NCBI GenBank assembly: GCA_963663405.2 | Contig: CAXXSM010000023.1 | Span: 1 to 64,000 of the forward strand | Length of the DNA: 64,000 nucleotides | Source of the DNA: a bacterium | Lineage (GTDB): Bacteria > Hinthialibacterota > Hinthialibacteria > Hinthialibacterales > Hinthialibacteraceae | Reading direction: 5' to 3' | Part shown: positions 1-10,167 of the stretch, one piece after another | Layout: the number at the start of each line of letters is the position of its first letter | Numbering within the stretch: position 1 is the stretch's first letter | Program-made: the position numbers and the translations under genes | Notes under the pieces: model-generated | What the model saw: only the letters and a program-made list of their open reading frames with translations | The model's database searches: none | What the model was told of the DNA's origin: nothing

Positions 1-627
1 CTTCGTACCGGCCTTACATCCGTGACGGATGCGATTGACGTTTTTGATCGTGGGCGCAGGGGAAAATTGGTGACGGCGTATCTGTTTTTCGATGGATCAA
101 ATGACCGTGATTTATTGGAGCGAAAAAAGGGGCGGAGTTCAGTGGAATGGGCGATGTACTTACCCCTATGCGCTGCTGTAAAAACAACGATCGGAGCGGG
201 GCGATTGTGTTTAACGATTCGGAAGCGCGGATTCTTTTTTCCTTCCATGCACGCGGCGGAAATGTATAGAAAAAGAGAGTCTTCTTACCCAGTTTTTTTC
301 TTCGAAAGCCGCGCTGTTTTGGTTTTACGTTTGGAGGGCCCTTCCTCACAGACCATCGTTCAACCGGTTCGTGAGAAAACTATATTTAATACAAATTCAT
401 GAATTTGGAGAAAACTATCAACTTGATCGTAAATCTTTCCGATGAGCCGTTTACGAAGATTATGAAGTTTCCGAATACGGATATTGATATACCGGTGACG
501 GGGGGGGTATGGGGTTTTCGGTTGTTGGGTCGTAGTGTTGTGATGGGGGGGGGGGGCTTTGATATGAATTGTTGTTTTTTTGTTCAATGCCAGGGCAGAA
601 AAAAGCCTTGCCCTGGGCGCCCGCTAT

Positions 628-706
628 TTAAGACCATATTTGGGCGCCCGTTAACGGTCAGTAGGTTGTGATGGGCTACGCTGCGCTTTTAGCCCATCCT
701 ACGGGG
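628..706 (+). repeat. ~79-bp direct repeat, copy 1 (contains a GTAG-type REP palindrome)
   Basis: TTAAGACCATATTTGGGCGCCCG...GATGGGCTACGCTGCGCTTTTAGCCCATCCTACGGGG recurs nearly identically at 1352-1430. Confidence 0.9.
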
Positions 707-881
707 CTATTGCGTATACCAATAATGTACATTTTTTGATCGCATTGACTTATGTGGTATTATATTTTTATTATATTGCAAGCAGGAGGCAATCCGCTTT
801 TTGATTATTCTGCGAGATTGCTTTGATAGATAATCGATTATGGTGGGCTTTGCTTCGTTCATAGCCTTACACAATTGACTA

Positions 882-1355
882 ATGGCCAAACTAAAGTTTC
901 AAATCTATTTGTCGTTCTCTCAGATATGCGTATTTATAAGTTCATTGGAAAATCCATTCAATTATTGGAGTGATCGTAATTTCTCACAGGGCTTTTCTTG
1001 GAGGCCTGGTAGCGCCTCTTTCAGAGCTTTGACTGAAGACGGGGATCATCATGTATTTCTTTTTATAAATGAACCAGTTCCTTCTTTGCCTACCAACTGC
1101 GTACGTGCATTTAAAGTCCCATTCGAGACTATTGATGGAATTGTAGAAATAGCTAGCATATCCGATTCAACGCAATTAGAAATAACACCAGGACTATACA
1201 CTTTGCGCGTTGAATTTCTGGAACCTTGTCCAGATGGCATCCCAGAAATAAATATACGATTTAATAAGGGCGTTTCTGATTTTAAAGTTTTGAAAGCGGA
1301 TAGCGAGTTAGATATAATAACAGATTTTGACTTGATGGCTAAACCAGCTACTTAA
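882..1355 (+). CDS. ComJ-family protein (competence protein J / putative immunity protein)
   Basis: 157 aa, low GC; SFSQICVF...PFNYWSDRNFSQGFSWRPGSASF and RAFKVPF...EIASI resemble the ComJ family. Confidence 0.7.
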   Translation: MAKLKFQIYLSFSQICVFISSLENPFNYWSDRNFSQGFSWRPGSASFRALTEDGDHHVFLFINEPVPSLPTNCVRAFKVPFETIDGIVEIASISDSTQLEITPGLYTLRVEFLEPCPDGIPEINIRFNKGVSDFKVLKADSELDIITDFDLMAKPAT

Positions 1356-1625
1356 GACTATATTTGGGCGCCCGCTAATGGTCAGTATGTAGTGATGGGC
1401 TACGCTGCGCTTTTAGCCCATCCTACGGGGGTGATATGAATTGTTTTTGGGTTCAATGCCAGGGCAGAAAAAAGCCTTGCCCTGGGCGCCCGGTGAATAG
1501 AGCCTTGCCCTGGGCGCCCGCGTGGTTGATAGTCAATTTTGTAGGGTGGGCTAAAAGCGCAGCGTAGCCCACCTTCAATATATACAATCGAGGATTTAAT
1601 GGAGCGCGGGCGTCTCACCCGTGAT
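1352..1625. repeat. Direct repeat copy 2 plus a cluster of REP-like palindromes
   Basis: 1352-1430 copies 628-706; GCCAGGGCAGAAAAAAGCCTTGCCCTGGG at 1458; GTAGGGTGGGCTAAAAGCGCAGCGTAGCCCACC at 1541; ATGGAGCGCGGGCGTC at 1599. Confidence 0.85.
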
Positions 1626-1695
1626 TGTTTAATTCAATAGGGTAAAGAGGGGAAGCGTTGGGGTGTTATGAATGGGTTGAGTTATAATGACGCGG

Positions 1696-3128
1696 CTAAT
1701 TTTGTAGGGGGGTGTTTGAATTCGGGGAGGATATCCAGTCGATTACTCCGTAATGGCGCGCCCAGCGGCAGCCGCCTTCGAAATCATCGCTGAGCATTAT
1801 TCCTTTGGCGATACAATATTTACAATACGATTGATATTTGCAGTCTCCACATACTTCTTCAGTAGGCAGTTGGACGGTACGCCAGCGGCGGGCGTTTTCG
1901 CTGATGGTAATCTCTTCCATTGATTGGTGGAAAATGTTGCCAAACGTGAGATAACTCTCCTCAAGAATCACACAGGGACGGATCTCGCCGGCCGCGCCTA
2001 AAACAAAACTTGTAAATCCAGCGCCACATCCTTGCTCTTCAATCTCATCCAGGCGGGATTGGGGGATAAAGGCCATCATATCCGCGTATTTCTCTTGGCG
2101 AATTTTATCGAATTCTTTTAAGAGTTTGTTTTGTTTGACGCGGGATACATCCCAATTGATCTTTTTTCCCCGGCCCCAAGGTGAAACCGTGTTGTGACTA
2201 AACAAGCGGGCGCCGGCCGATCGGGCAAGTTTGAGGGTTTCTTCAATATCATCCACTGTGTTTTCATACACACACATCGCGGCTCGAACCAAGATCCCTT
2301 GATCGGCTAACAAGCGAATCCCTCGCAGGGTACGTTCCCAACTCCCGGCAACGCCGCGCGCTTCATCATGCAAATGCGCTTTGGAAGAATCCAGGGAGAC
2401 ATTGCCAGACGACCGCGTTCTTTGTATTGACCCAGTTTCTTCGCGATCGCTTCTGTGACCAACGTTGCCGTTGGTTAAAATGCCCAGTGGACTGAACCGG
2501 GGCGCGCAGAATTCGATGATTTCTTCAAAATCAGGATGAAGCAGGGGTTCCCCACCTGTCAATTCAACCGAATGCAGTCCATTTTTGATGAAGAGTTTCC
2601 AAGACCTGTAACAATTTATCTTTTGAGAGGATCTCTTTCCGTGTTGGCCCGGAATTGCAATAACAATGATGACATTGCAGATTACATCGCGTTGTTAGTT
2701 CAATAAGAAGATTCGTCGGCATGTAATATTGATCGCTTCCGGTTACACGCACGGCATGGGCGGAGGAATTTAATTCGTCAAATATATGCAATCGCCCGTT
2801 TTTTTGAAACGAGTTAAAGAAACGGATCGCTGGAATCCATTCATTCATAAAGTCTTTCTTGTAATCATTACAATAGGAGAGAATGATATTGTTGATGTTT
2901 GTCTTGCCGTCGACATATTGCAAGTATCGAGCGTAATCGACGGTGACAAATCCCGATCCTTCTCCATTGAACGTATTCTCTTTATCCGTTTCCGTATACC
3001 AAAAAAGCATTGCTTTATCCGGCATCAGGTGGAGTGAGAGTTTCTTCATTCGCGGATGGATATTTTCCCAGCAATTCGACCGGTGGGATGGAAGGAATCT
3101 GGAGAGTGTTCGTTTCTGATTGAACCAT
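1696..3128 (-). CDS. Radical SAM/SPASM RiPP maturase with N-terminal RRE (AlbA/PqqE-like); frameshifted
   Basis: ORF 2564-3049 has an RRE-like VDGKTNINNII segment and CxxxCxxC (RCNLQCHHCYC). ORF 1696-2562 has TGGEPLLH, CGAG...GEIRPC and SPASM Cys (CGDCKYQSYCKYC). Probable true start is the ATG at 3128 with another indel. Confidence 0.9.
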
Positions 3129-3214
3129 AAAAAACTGCCTTATCTGATATGATATTTATGAATGTAGAGTGGGGCCGCGTCTTGATTAGACGCTGGATGC
3201 ATGTATCTTTTACC

Positions 3215-3330
3215 AGGTGGGTCGATAAGGCGTGGACCCCAACCTACTTCAGGATTTTATGGTGGGCTACGCTTCGCTTTTAGCCCACCCTACTTCTAGG
3301 TGGGTCGATAAGGCGTGACCCACCCTACTT
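3215..3330. repeat. REP-like palindrome cluster between precursor and maturase genes
   Basis: AGGTGGGTCGATAAGGCGTG(G)ACCC...CCTAC occurs twice, flanking GGTGGGCTACGCTTCGCTTTTAGCCCACCCTAC. Confidence 0.75.
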
Positions 3331-3381
3331 CAGTTCATTTTATCTATTCGTTGTGATCTTAATTATAAGGATTTATATAGA

Positions 3382-4029
3382 TTAAAATTCACCTGTTGAA
3401 GGCGCTTTGAAGGAGCCGGCTAATCCGAAGAGGCCGCCAAGTCCTGCGATACCCGCCACTTCAAAATCTGGAATCGGGCCATCGGCAAGACATAAAACAC
3501 AGCCGGAACACGCGGAACAACCTGCGCAGCCGGAAGCCGCGGCGGCGTCATTAGGAATCGGTGGGTGTAATGTATCCGGTGTCGCCAATTGAGCGATGAT
3601 TTCACGAAACGAGACCGTTTGTGAAGACGGTTCACCGTCGATGGGTACAATCAATTCCATCTGCCCTGTGAAGTTTTTCAAGTTTTCAGGTGAAATGATA
3701 TGCGCTGTCGCTTGTCCTTCTCCGGCGGCGTTGTTCATTTCTAAAATGGAGCCAAACACATTTGTATCGCCTTGACGATAAATGTGCATATTCAAGGTCG
3801 TGTCAGCGAAAGGCGTTGTGCAAACTCGAATTCGCTGCATATTTCGCGCTACCAATTGACGATCCAACAGTTTGGCGGCGTCGTTTTGAAAATCGGTTCC
3901 TGGCGCGGCTTGGGCGAATGAATTTTTACTCATAGCGGCTGCGGCGAACAACACCCCTGCGCCCATCATTCCTGACTTTGTAAACATTTCCCGGCGATCC
4001 ATTTTTGTTCCTTCGTTTTGGCTGTTCAT
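3382..4029 (-). CDS. Tat-signal RiPP precursor with C-terminal subtilosin A-like sactipeptide core
   Basis: RBS AAGGAG then MNSQ...; MDRREMFTK twin-Arg plus h-region; C-terminus SGCAGCSACSGCVLCLADGPIPDFEVAGIAGLGGLFGLAG versus subtilosin A NKGCATCSIGAACLVDGPIPDFEIAGATGLFGLWG. Confidence 0.85.
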   Translation of the reverse strand: MNSQNEGTKMDRREMFTKSGMMGAGVLFAAAAMSKNSFAQAAPGTDFQNDAAKLLDRQLVARNMQRIRVCTTPFADTTLNMHIYRQGDTNVFGSILEMNNAAGEGQATAHIISPENLKNFTGQMELIVPIDGEPSSQTVSFREIIAQLATPDTLHPPIPNDAAAASGCAGCSACSGCVLCLADGPIPDFEVAGIAGLGGLFGLAGSFKAPSTGEF

Positions 4030-4052
4030 AGTTATCTCCTTTGATATTTCTG

Positions 4053-4907
4053 TTAATTGGTTTGGTCTATAATGAGCCAATCTCTTACATTTGTGTCGTT
4101 GATATTTATGCAATCCCATGTTCCTGTCTTTTCAATCGGGAAGGTTTGGATCAGTTCCATACAATCCCATTGAAGATTGTCAGGGATTTGTACGCTGACG
4201 CATTGCCAGGAGTTTTCACGGGGCACGTTGGGCGTTGTCAGTAGGTAGAGGCAATCCCATTGGAGGTTGTCGGGGGCTTGTACGCTGACGCATTGCCAGG
4301 AGTTTTCACGGGGCACGTTGGGCGTTGTCAGCAGGTAAAGGCAATCCCATTGGAGGTTGTCAGGGGCTTGTACGCTGACGCATTGCCAGGCGCTTTCTCG
4401 AGGCACGTTGGGCGTTGTCAGCAGGTAGAGGCAATCCCATTGGAGGTTGTCGGGGGATTGTATGCTGACGCATTGCCAGGCGTTTTCTCGTGGTACGTTG
4501 GGTGTTGTCAGCGTGTAGAGGCAATCCCATTGGAGGTTGTCGGGAGCTTGTACGCTGACGCATTGCCAGGAGTTTTCTCGTGGCACGTTGGGTGTTGTCA
4601 GCTGGTAAAGACAATCCCATTGAAGATTGTCCGATTCTTGGATGCTGACGCATTGCCATGAGCGTGATTGTGAGATTGGATCAATTCGAATGATTTCCTT
4701 GCATTCCCAGGTTTGATCTTCTTGCGATGAATCCTGCAATGTCACACAATCCCATTGGAGTAATGAGGGGATTGGTTTTGTGGGGAGAAGTATTTCGCAA
4801 TTACTCGAATCAAAAATGGCGTGAGCTGAATATGAAGATGATAGTAGTAATAATATAATCAAATTTGTAAATAAATTTTGTTTGTATGTCACCCGTATAA
4901 CCTCCAT
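4053..4907 (-). CDS. Secreted W-x-C tandem-repeat protein of unknown function
   Basis: Signal-like IILLLLSSSYSAHA; 30-aa repeat WQCVSVQAPDNLQWDCLYLLTTPNVPRENS; 15 WxC motifs; stop lies 23 nt before the precursor start. Confidence 0.8.
   Translation of the reverse strand: MEVIRVTYKQNLFTNLIILLLLSSSYSAHAIFDSSNCEILLPTKPIPSLLQWDCVTLQDSSQEDQTWECKEIIRIDPISQSRSWQCVSIQESDNLQWDCLYQLTTPNVPRENSWQCVSVQAPDNLQWDCLYTLTTPNVPRENAWQCVSIQSPDNLQWDCLYLLTTPNVPRESAWQCVSVQAPDNLQWDCLYLLTTPNVPRENSWQCVSVQAPDNLQWDCLYLLTTPNVPRENSWQCVSVQIPDNLQWDCMELIQTFPIEKTGTWDCININDTNVRDWLIIDQTN
4161..4658 (-). repeat. Coding tandem repeat, 90-bp unit, about 5.5 copies
   Basis: CATTGCCA recurs at 4201, 4291, 4381, 4471, 4561 and 4651. 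Confidence 0.95.
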
Positions 4908-5097
4908 TCATGATAAAATAAATATAAGCATTATATTTTGATCAAAATAAATACTTTACTGATTTGGTATAGTATCACAGTTTTTTGGAATTGAAATGGG
5001 TTTTTTCGGGGAATAGGAAAAAAAAACCCTCCCCCCTCGTTTTTGTGATCGTGGATCAATCTTTTTTCTGATCCATGAAATTAGGGAAAAATCAATT

Positions 5098-6739
5098 GGG
5101 TGTAACTCGCGCTCCGCGCTATGCAGCCTGTTCCCAGATTTCATTGATCATCTCTCGATATGGATATAACTTATGAACGTTTTCTTGAATACGATGGTCT
5201 TGGAAAGCCTCCCAATCGTCATTGAGAAAGACGGCTCGCAAGTCCAACATGGCTTGAGCGCCTTCGGTCCGCCAACGCATTCCTGTTCCTTCCATTCGAT
5301 CCTTGACTAAGTGACGGCAAGCCCCTTCGACCACCCCACTCCCGATGGGATAGCCAAACGCTAAATAATAATCATAGCGCATATACTCTCGGTTATTTTC
5401 CAAATACGTAATCACGCGCTCCAGCTGTCTCTTTTTTCGCCCCCCGCAGACCTCGCTTGGTTCCCATTTGTCTCAAGCCACCAATCACTCGGCCCACTTG
5501 CCCTTCGAGTAAACGAGTCAGACGGAGTTTCACGAATGTTTCCGCTTCTTCACTCCCTTCCGGAACGAAACAATAGGCGGCGCTCCACAGGCGTTCCATG
5601 ACGTGATAAATATCGATGATGCAGACGGTATCGACTTCATAGGCTTCGGCTTTTTTCCACAACGCCCGTTCCCCGTCCATCAAACAAACGACCGCTTTAT
5701 TTCCAGCTGCATTCCGGATGTTCAGTTCCTCCGCAAACCATTGGAAGATTCGATCTTTTCCGTTGCTCTCTTCGCCTTCCATCTCTCTTGTCAGTTCCGC
5801 CCGCATCTGTTTGTGGCGCGGAACGGGGCGGTTTGCGCTCTGCTCCTTCCGGAAGATTTCATTCACCACGTCCTCCGCCTGACGAGGAAACGGATCGATT
5901 GTATACACTGCGCCTACACACGCTTGACGCTTTTTATTCGCCTTTTCTCCTCGTTTCCGTCTCCCCGGCTCAACCGTCTCTTCCCGCCGCATCGGTACTC
6001 CCTTCCCATCCGCCGTGAGAACTAGAATCGAGCCCTCTTCTTCCGCGGCGGGTGTGGGCTGCGCCCAGCGAAACGCTTCCACCTCTTGCGCCATGGCGCC
6101 GTTCATATATTCCAGACTGCGAACCGACTGGCCAATCCCCAATATCCGTTCCAAGGTTTGACTGGATTGCTGATAAGAGTTTTGCACACAAAACGCCTGC
6201 GACCATTCTTGGAGTAAAAAGGAAAAATCACTTTCGGGTAAATTCAGCCGGGCGTCCAACGGAACCACCTCATGTTTTTGGCTCTCGCGAGTTCCATAGA
6301 CCGTTCGGTTAATCATGATTTCACCAAAGACGGATACATACCGCTTTTCGTATTGCGTGTCCAAGCGGCGTAAGGTTTTCCCGTCCGGCTCAATGGTAGG
6401 ACCGAGGTCGCCCGTTTCCTTGCCGGTCGATCGTCTCTTCCAGCATGATTCGGCCAAGATTCATAAGACCGCTCCATAGCTCTTTCTCGATTTGATCGAT
6501 TGGGATTCCGTTTTCGGCTGCTTCTTTCACCTCATTCCACAACGCGGCAAACTGATCTTTCGACTTGAAAATTTCTCGTTCTTGTTCCATCATCAACCTG
6601 GGGCCTCATTTCAGTCAGGATATACATTGTTTTCATGGACTAATGTTATACCTGTTGAGGCCCTTTTTAACAAGTCATAAATTACACTAACTATAATATA
6701 ATCAATACTTTATGAAATCGAGCTCCGCGGGTTACACCC
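5098..6739 (-). mobile_element. ISKra4-family insertion sequence
   Basis: Terminal IRs GGGTGTAACTCGCG (5098) and CGCGGGTTACACCC (ends 6739), 13/14 match; flanking duplication AATCAATT at 5090-5097 and 6741-6748. Confidence 0.9.
5119..6596 (-). CDS. ISKra4-family DDE transposase (frameshifted across ORFs 6390-6596, 5393-6457 and 5119-5415)
   Basis: ADGKGVPM, LMDGERALW, DIYHVMERLW and GYPIGSGVVEGACRHLVKDRMEGTGMRW motifs. Confidence 0.9.
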
Positions 6740-6892
6740 TAATCAATTCAATCAATGGTGGCGTAGATATGTAATCAGCGGTTATTCTTGAAGATCGATC
6801 GGGAAAGTGAAGATATATACATTTTGTTAATGTTGTGTGGTGAAAAGACGCAGGTTATCTTTTAGGGCCGGTGGAATCGGGGAAGGGATGAA

Positions 6893-7283
6893 TTATTTGT
6901 TTTTTTTGTCAACTGTTTCGAGGAGTTTTTGGATGGTCTCCCGGTCACCCTGTTTCAGTCTGACGCAACGGAGAAAGGTCTCAAACATCTGAACCGGATC
7001 TTTTGGGAAGAAGGTTTTATAGACGTATTTCATTACGGTTTTTTGTTCTTTTTTTAAGTGTAATTGTGGGATAGTAGTAAAACACGCGGCCGGTTTTTTT
7101 ATGCCGCAGCATGCCTTTTCTTTCAAGAAATCTCATCATAGTCGCAATGGAGGAATACGCGCCGGCCGTCTCGTGGTCCAGTGTCTCTTGGACATCCCGA
7201 ACCGTCGCTTTCCCCAGTTTCCATACTGCGCTCATGACTTGCATTTCTCTTTCGGAGAAGATTTTTGATTCTCGCCTGGACAT
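6893..7283 (-). CDS. BlaI/MecI/CopY-family transcriptional repressor (frameshifted)
   Basis: SEREMQVMSAVWKLGKATVRDV...YSSIATMMRFLERKG...GRVFYYYP winged helix; C-terminus continues in ORF 6893-7126. Confidence 0.85.
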
Positions 7284-7698
7284 TCCAACCCCCCCATGGA
7301 ACTGAATGTTTGCGCGTTATCCTACGCCTTGTTGTCAGTTTTCGCGAAATGGAGAAATGTTTAAACCTATGATAAACAATCCCAAGATAAAAGCGTAAAA
7401 AAACGCTGCGCCATTTCGTTTTGAGTTTTATTTTTAAGCGCTGATTTGGCGCTATGATTAATAACATATAGTGTATTTTTTCGTTTTAACGAATTGATAC
7501 ATTGAATTATAAGTGTAAAGATAAAAGGAGTCAATGTCAAGGTATTACGCAACTATTATAATTTTAGTTGTGAGGTGTAGAAAAATGATTGATTGATGCC
7601 TTATTTCCGATGGAGGAGATCAAAAAGGCCATTTAACTCCACTTCGGGCGCAGGTCACGATTTGGTTGTAAGACCAATTCCACAGCCGCTCTTTGTCA

Positions 7699-8984
7699 TC
7701 ACACAATGCGACCGGTTCGACGGTCCATCCACCTGGATAGCAGAAGGCTCCAATCCATTGAATGCCTATGGCTGCGACCAAAAGGAATGAAAAGAGGATG
7801 AAGGAATCCCCGCTTGGAGGCGATTTTCGGCCATACCGCCGCTAGGTAGAGAATGAGGAATGGATAGGTTTCAATCTGATATCGCGGACCGTAATGAGAA
7901 TTGCCTCCCCACCAGACAATGTATTTTGAGAAAACAATCAGCATTAGAACCGGGCCGGGGATCGAAAGAGCGATCAGTTTCCAGGTTCGGGATGTCTTTC
8001 TCCATATCGCGATCATCCCCCAAAACGCAAAGAGAAGAAACGGGCTGAAGATCAACAAACCCCGGCTGGGGCTGATCAGCTGACCGGCAAGACCTGTCGC
8101 CAGCGGGGTGGACCAGGAATCACCCCGTACCCGGTCCAGTTCCCAATGGAGAGAGTGCATAACGATATCGCCGCCTTTCCAGGATCCGAAAACGGCGAAG
8201 TTGTAACTTAGAAGCAGGGCGGTAAGGCATCCAGCTGGGAGAATGAAATACCAACAATTGCGTCGATCCAGGCAGAAAACGCTCATGCAAAGGGCCGCCA
8301 TTCCCGCTCCATTGACCGTACGGCATAACACAGCGGAACCCGCCGCTGCGCCGGCGAGCAGCAAAAAAACCATTGTGGGATCGTTAGGTGGAAGAATGGT
8401 TGCGATTGAGGGCCGTTTGTTGGATTCAAATCCAATCGATTGTATTCGAACGCGCGGACTAATGCGTAGAAGCAGAGAGTCCACCAGAAGACGCTGGGAC
8501 CGTGCTGCCAGAGGCTTTGGGCGGCGATGGGCCAGAGGGCTGTGCCAAGACCATACGCCATCGATAGGATGAGGGCTCCAGCCTTATCGATTAAGTATTT
8601 TAATGTCAAGTACATTAGCATGACGGATGCGGCGGTATAGAGCGCGCCGGTGAGTTTTCCGAGATGGGCCCATACATTCTCAAACATCCCAATCCAGATG
8701 AAAGGCGCGAAAATGGGAGCGGCCATCATGCCCGGTAAAATAGGGTAATTTGAAACAATATGACCGCGTTGTTCCGACACATAATAGGGAAGGGAAGGAT
8801 ACGGGATATAGTCGTGCAGGTCATCCAAGAAGATCGAGCCATGTTTAACGATATTCGCGGCGACGAAAATCGTTGGCGTCGGGTCTCCACTGCTGATCTC
8901 ACGCCCGTTAAGCATGTATAACAGAAAGGGGACAAAAAAAATAAGGAGTTTATGGGAATCAATAAATTCAGCGATTGTTTTCAT
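7699..8984 (-). CDS. Multi-pass membrane protein, probable GT-C type glycosyltransferase (frameshifted)
   Basis: SGDPTP, SNYPILPG, AQSLWQHGP, SPSRGLLIFSPFLL and WWGGNSHYGPRY motifs in two overlapping hydrophobic ORFs. Confidence 0.6.
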
Positions 8985-9256
8985 TCTTTAAAATAACTTT
9001 CTATTTTTATCCGATTGGCAATCCATTGCGTTGCGGCCGGATGAAAAAAAAAATTAAAAAAAAATTAGCCGGGCGAACGATCGCTACGAAAACTATATGA
9101 AAAAATAAAATATAATAACATCGTAACACGTCAAGCTAAGAAGAATAGGTAAGAAAATAGGATGCGTGGAAGCCAAATCGCCGTTATATGATATATTAGG
9201 AACTATATGGCTTTATCAATATGAAAAGAATTGGTTCAAAAGGAGTGTGCAAGAAA

Positions 9257-9631
9257 ATGTTGACAAAAAGAACTCTCTATCCAATAGCCGTTGTATCGGC
9301 CGGTGTGATGATGTTGCTGAGTGGCTGCGCTGGGATGACAGCCGCGCAGAAAGGCGCTCTTGGCGGCGGTGCGATCGGCGCGGTGGCGGGTCAAATCATC
9401 GGTGGAGACACGGAAGCGACTTTACTCGGCGCCGGCATCGGGGCGCTCACGGGCGCGATCGCAAATGATTACGTCGATCAGCAGAAAGAAGACGCCTATC
9501 ATCAAGGCGCGCGGGATGCGAGTGTCCAACAGACCTATACGACTCCTCCTCCACCAACCGCCGAACCCCGCGTCTACAAAACGGAGACCAAAACGACGAC
9601 GGAGTATTATTACAGCACCTCCCCACGCTGA
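9257..9631 (+). CDS. Glycine-zipper lipoprotein
   Basis: Lipobox LSGC; KGALGGGAIGAVAGQIIGG...GAGIGALTGA. Confidence 0.85.
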   Translation: MLTKRTLYPIAVVSAGVMMLLSGCAGMTAAQKGALGGGAIGAVAGQIIGGDTEATLLGAGIGALTGAIANDYVDQQKEDAYHQGARDASVQQTYTTPPPPTAEPRVYKTETKTTTEYYYSTSPR

Positions 9632-9648
9632 AATAGCCGTCCTATTGG

Positions 9649-9688
9649 AAAACGCCCGGGATTCCTCTTGTGAGTTCCGGGCGTTTTT
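9649..9688 (+). terminator. Intrinsic terminator
   Basis: AAAACGCCCGG...CCGGGCGTTTTT hairpin right after the lipoprotein stop. Confidence 0.75.
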
Positions 9689-9790
9689 GTGTGTAGTGAG
9701 ATTAATCGCGGATTAGATGTGGTCTGGAATTATGCCAGGGCAGAGAAAAGTTAAGGCTCCGGCGTAAACACTGGCACTTGTCCTGTGTAC

Positions 9791-10163
9791 CCATGTTCGA
9801 TCAATCATGGGTGGGAACGCCTGCGTTCCATTGGTTTTGTGGGATTTACGCCAGGACAGAAAAAAGCCTTGTCCTGGGTACCCGGTGTTTGAACTGGGCG
9901 GCCATGTTCGATCAATCATGGGTGGGAACGCCTGCGTTCCATTGGTTTTGTGGGATTTACGCCAGGACAGAAAAAAGCCTTGTCCTGGGTACCCGGTGTT
10001 TGAACTGGGCGGCCATGTTCGATCAATCATGGGTGGGAACGCCTGCGTTCCATTGGTTTTGTGGAATTTACGCCAGGACAGAAAAAAGCCTTGTCCTGGG
10101 TACCCGGTGTTTGAACTGGGCGGCCATGTTCGATCATTCACGGGCGGGACGCCCGCGCTCCAT
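9791..10163. repeat. BIME-like tandem array, three 111-bp units plus a partial unit
   Basis: CCATGTTCGATCA starts at 9791, 9902, 10013 and 10124; each unit holds two different REP-like hairpins. Confidence 0.95.
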
Positions 10164-10167
10164 ATGT

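Noticed and set aside
1-587. ORFs 14-349, 22-402 and 360-587
   Set aside because: No recognisable motifs, homopolymer-rich and at the window edge; no product can be supported.
4161-4658. 90-bp repeats as a CRISPR array
   Set aside because: The units are in-frame coding repeats without unique spacers, and no cas genes are present.
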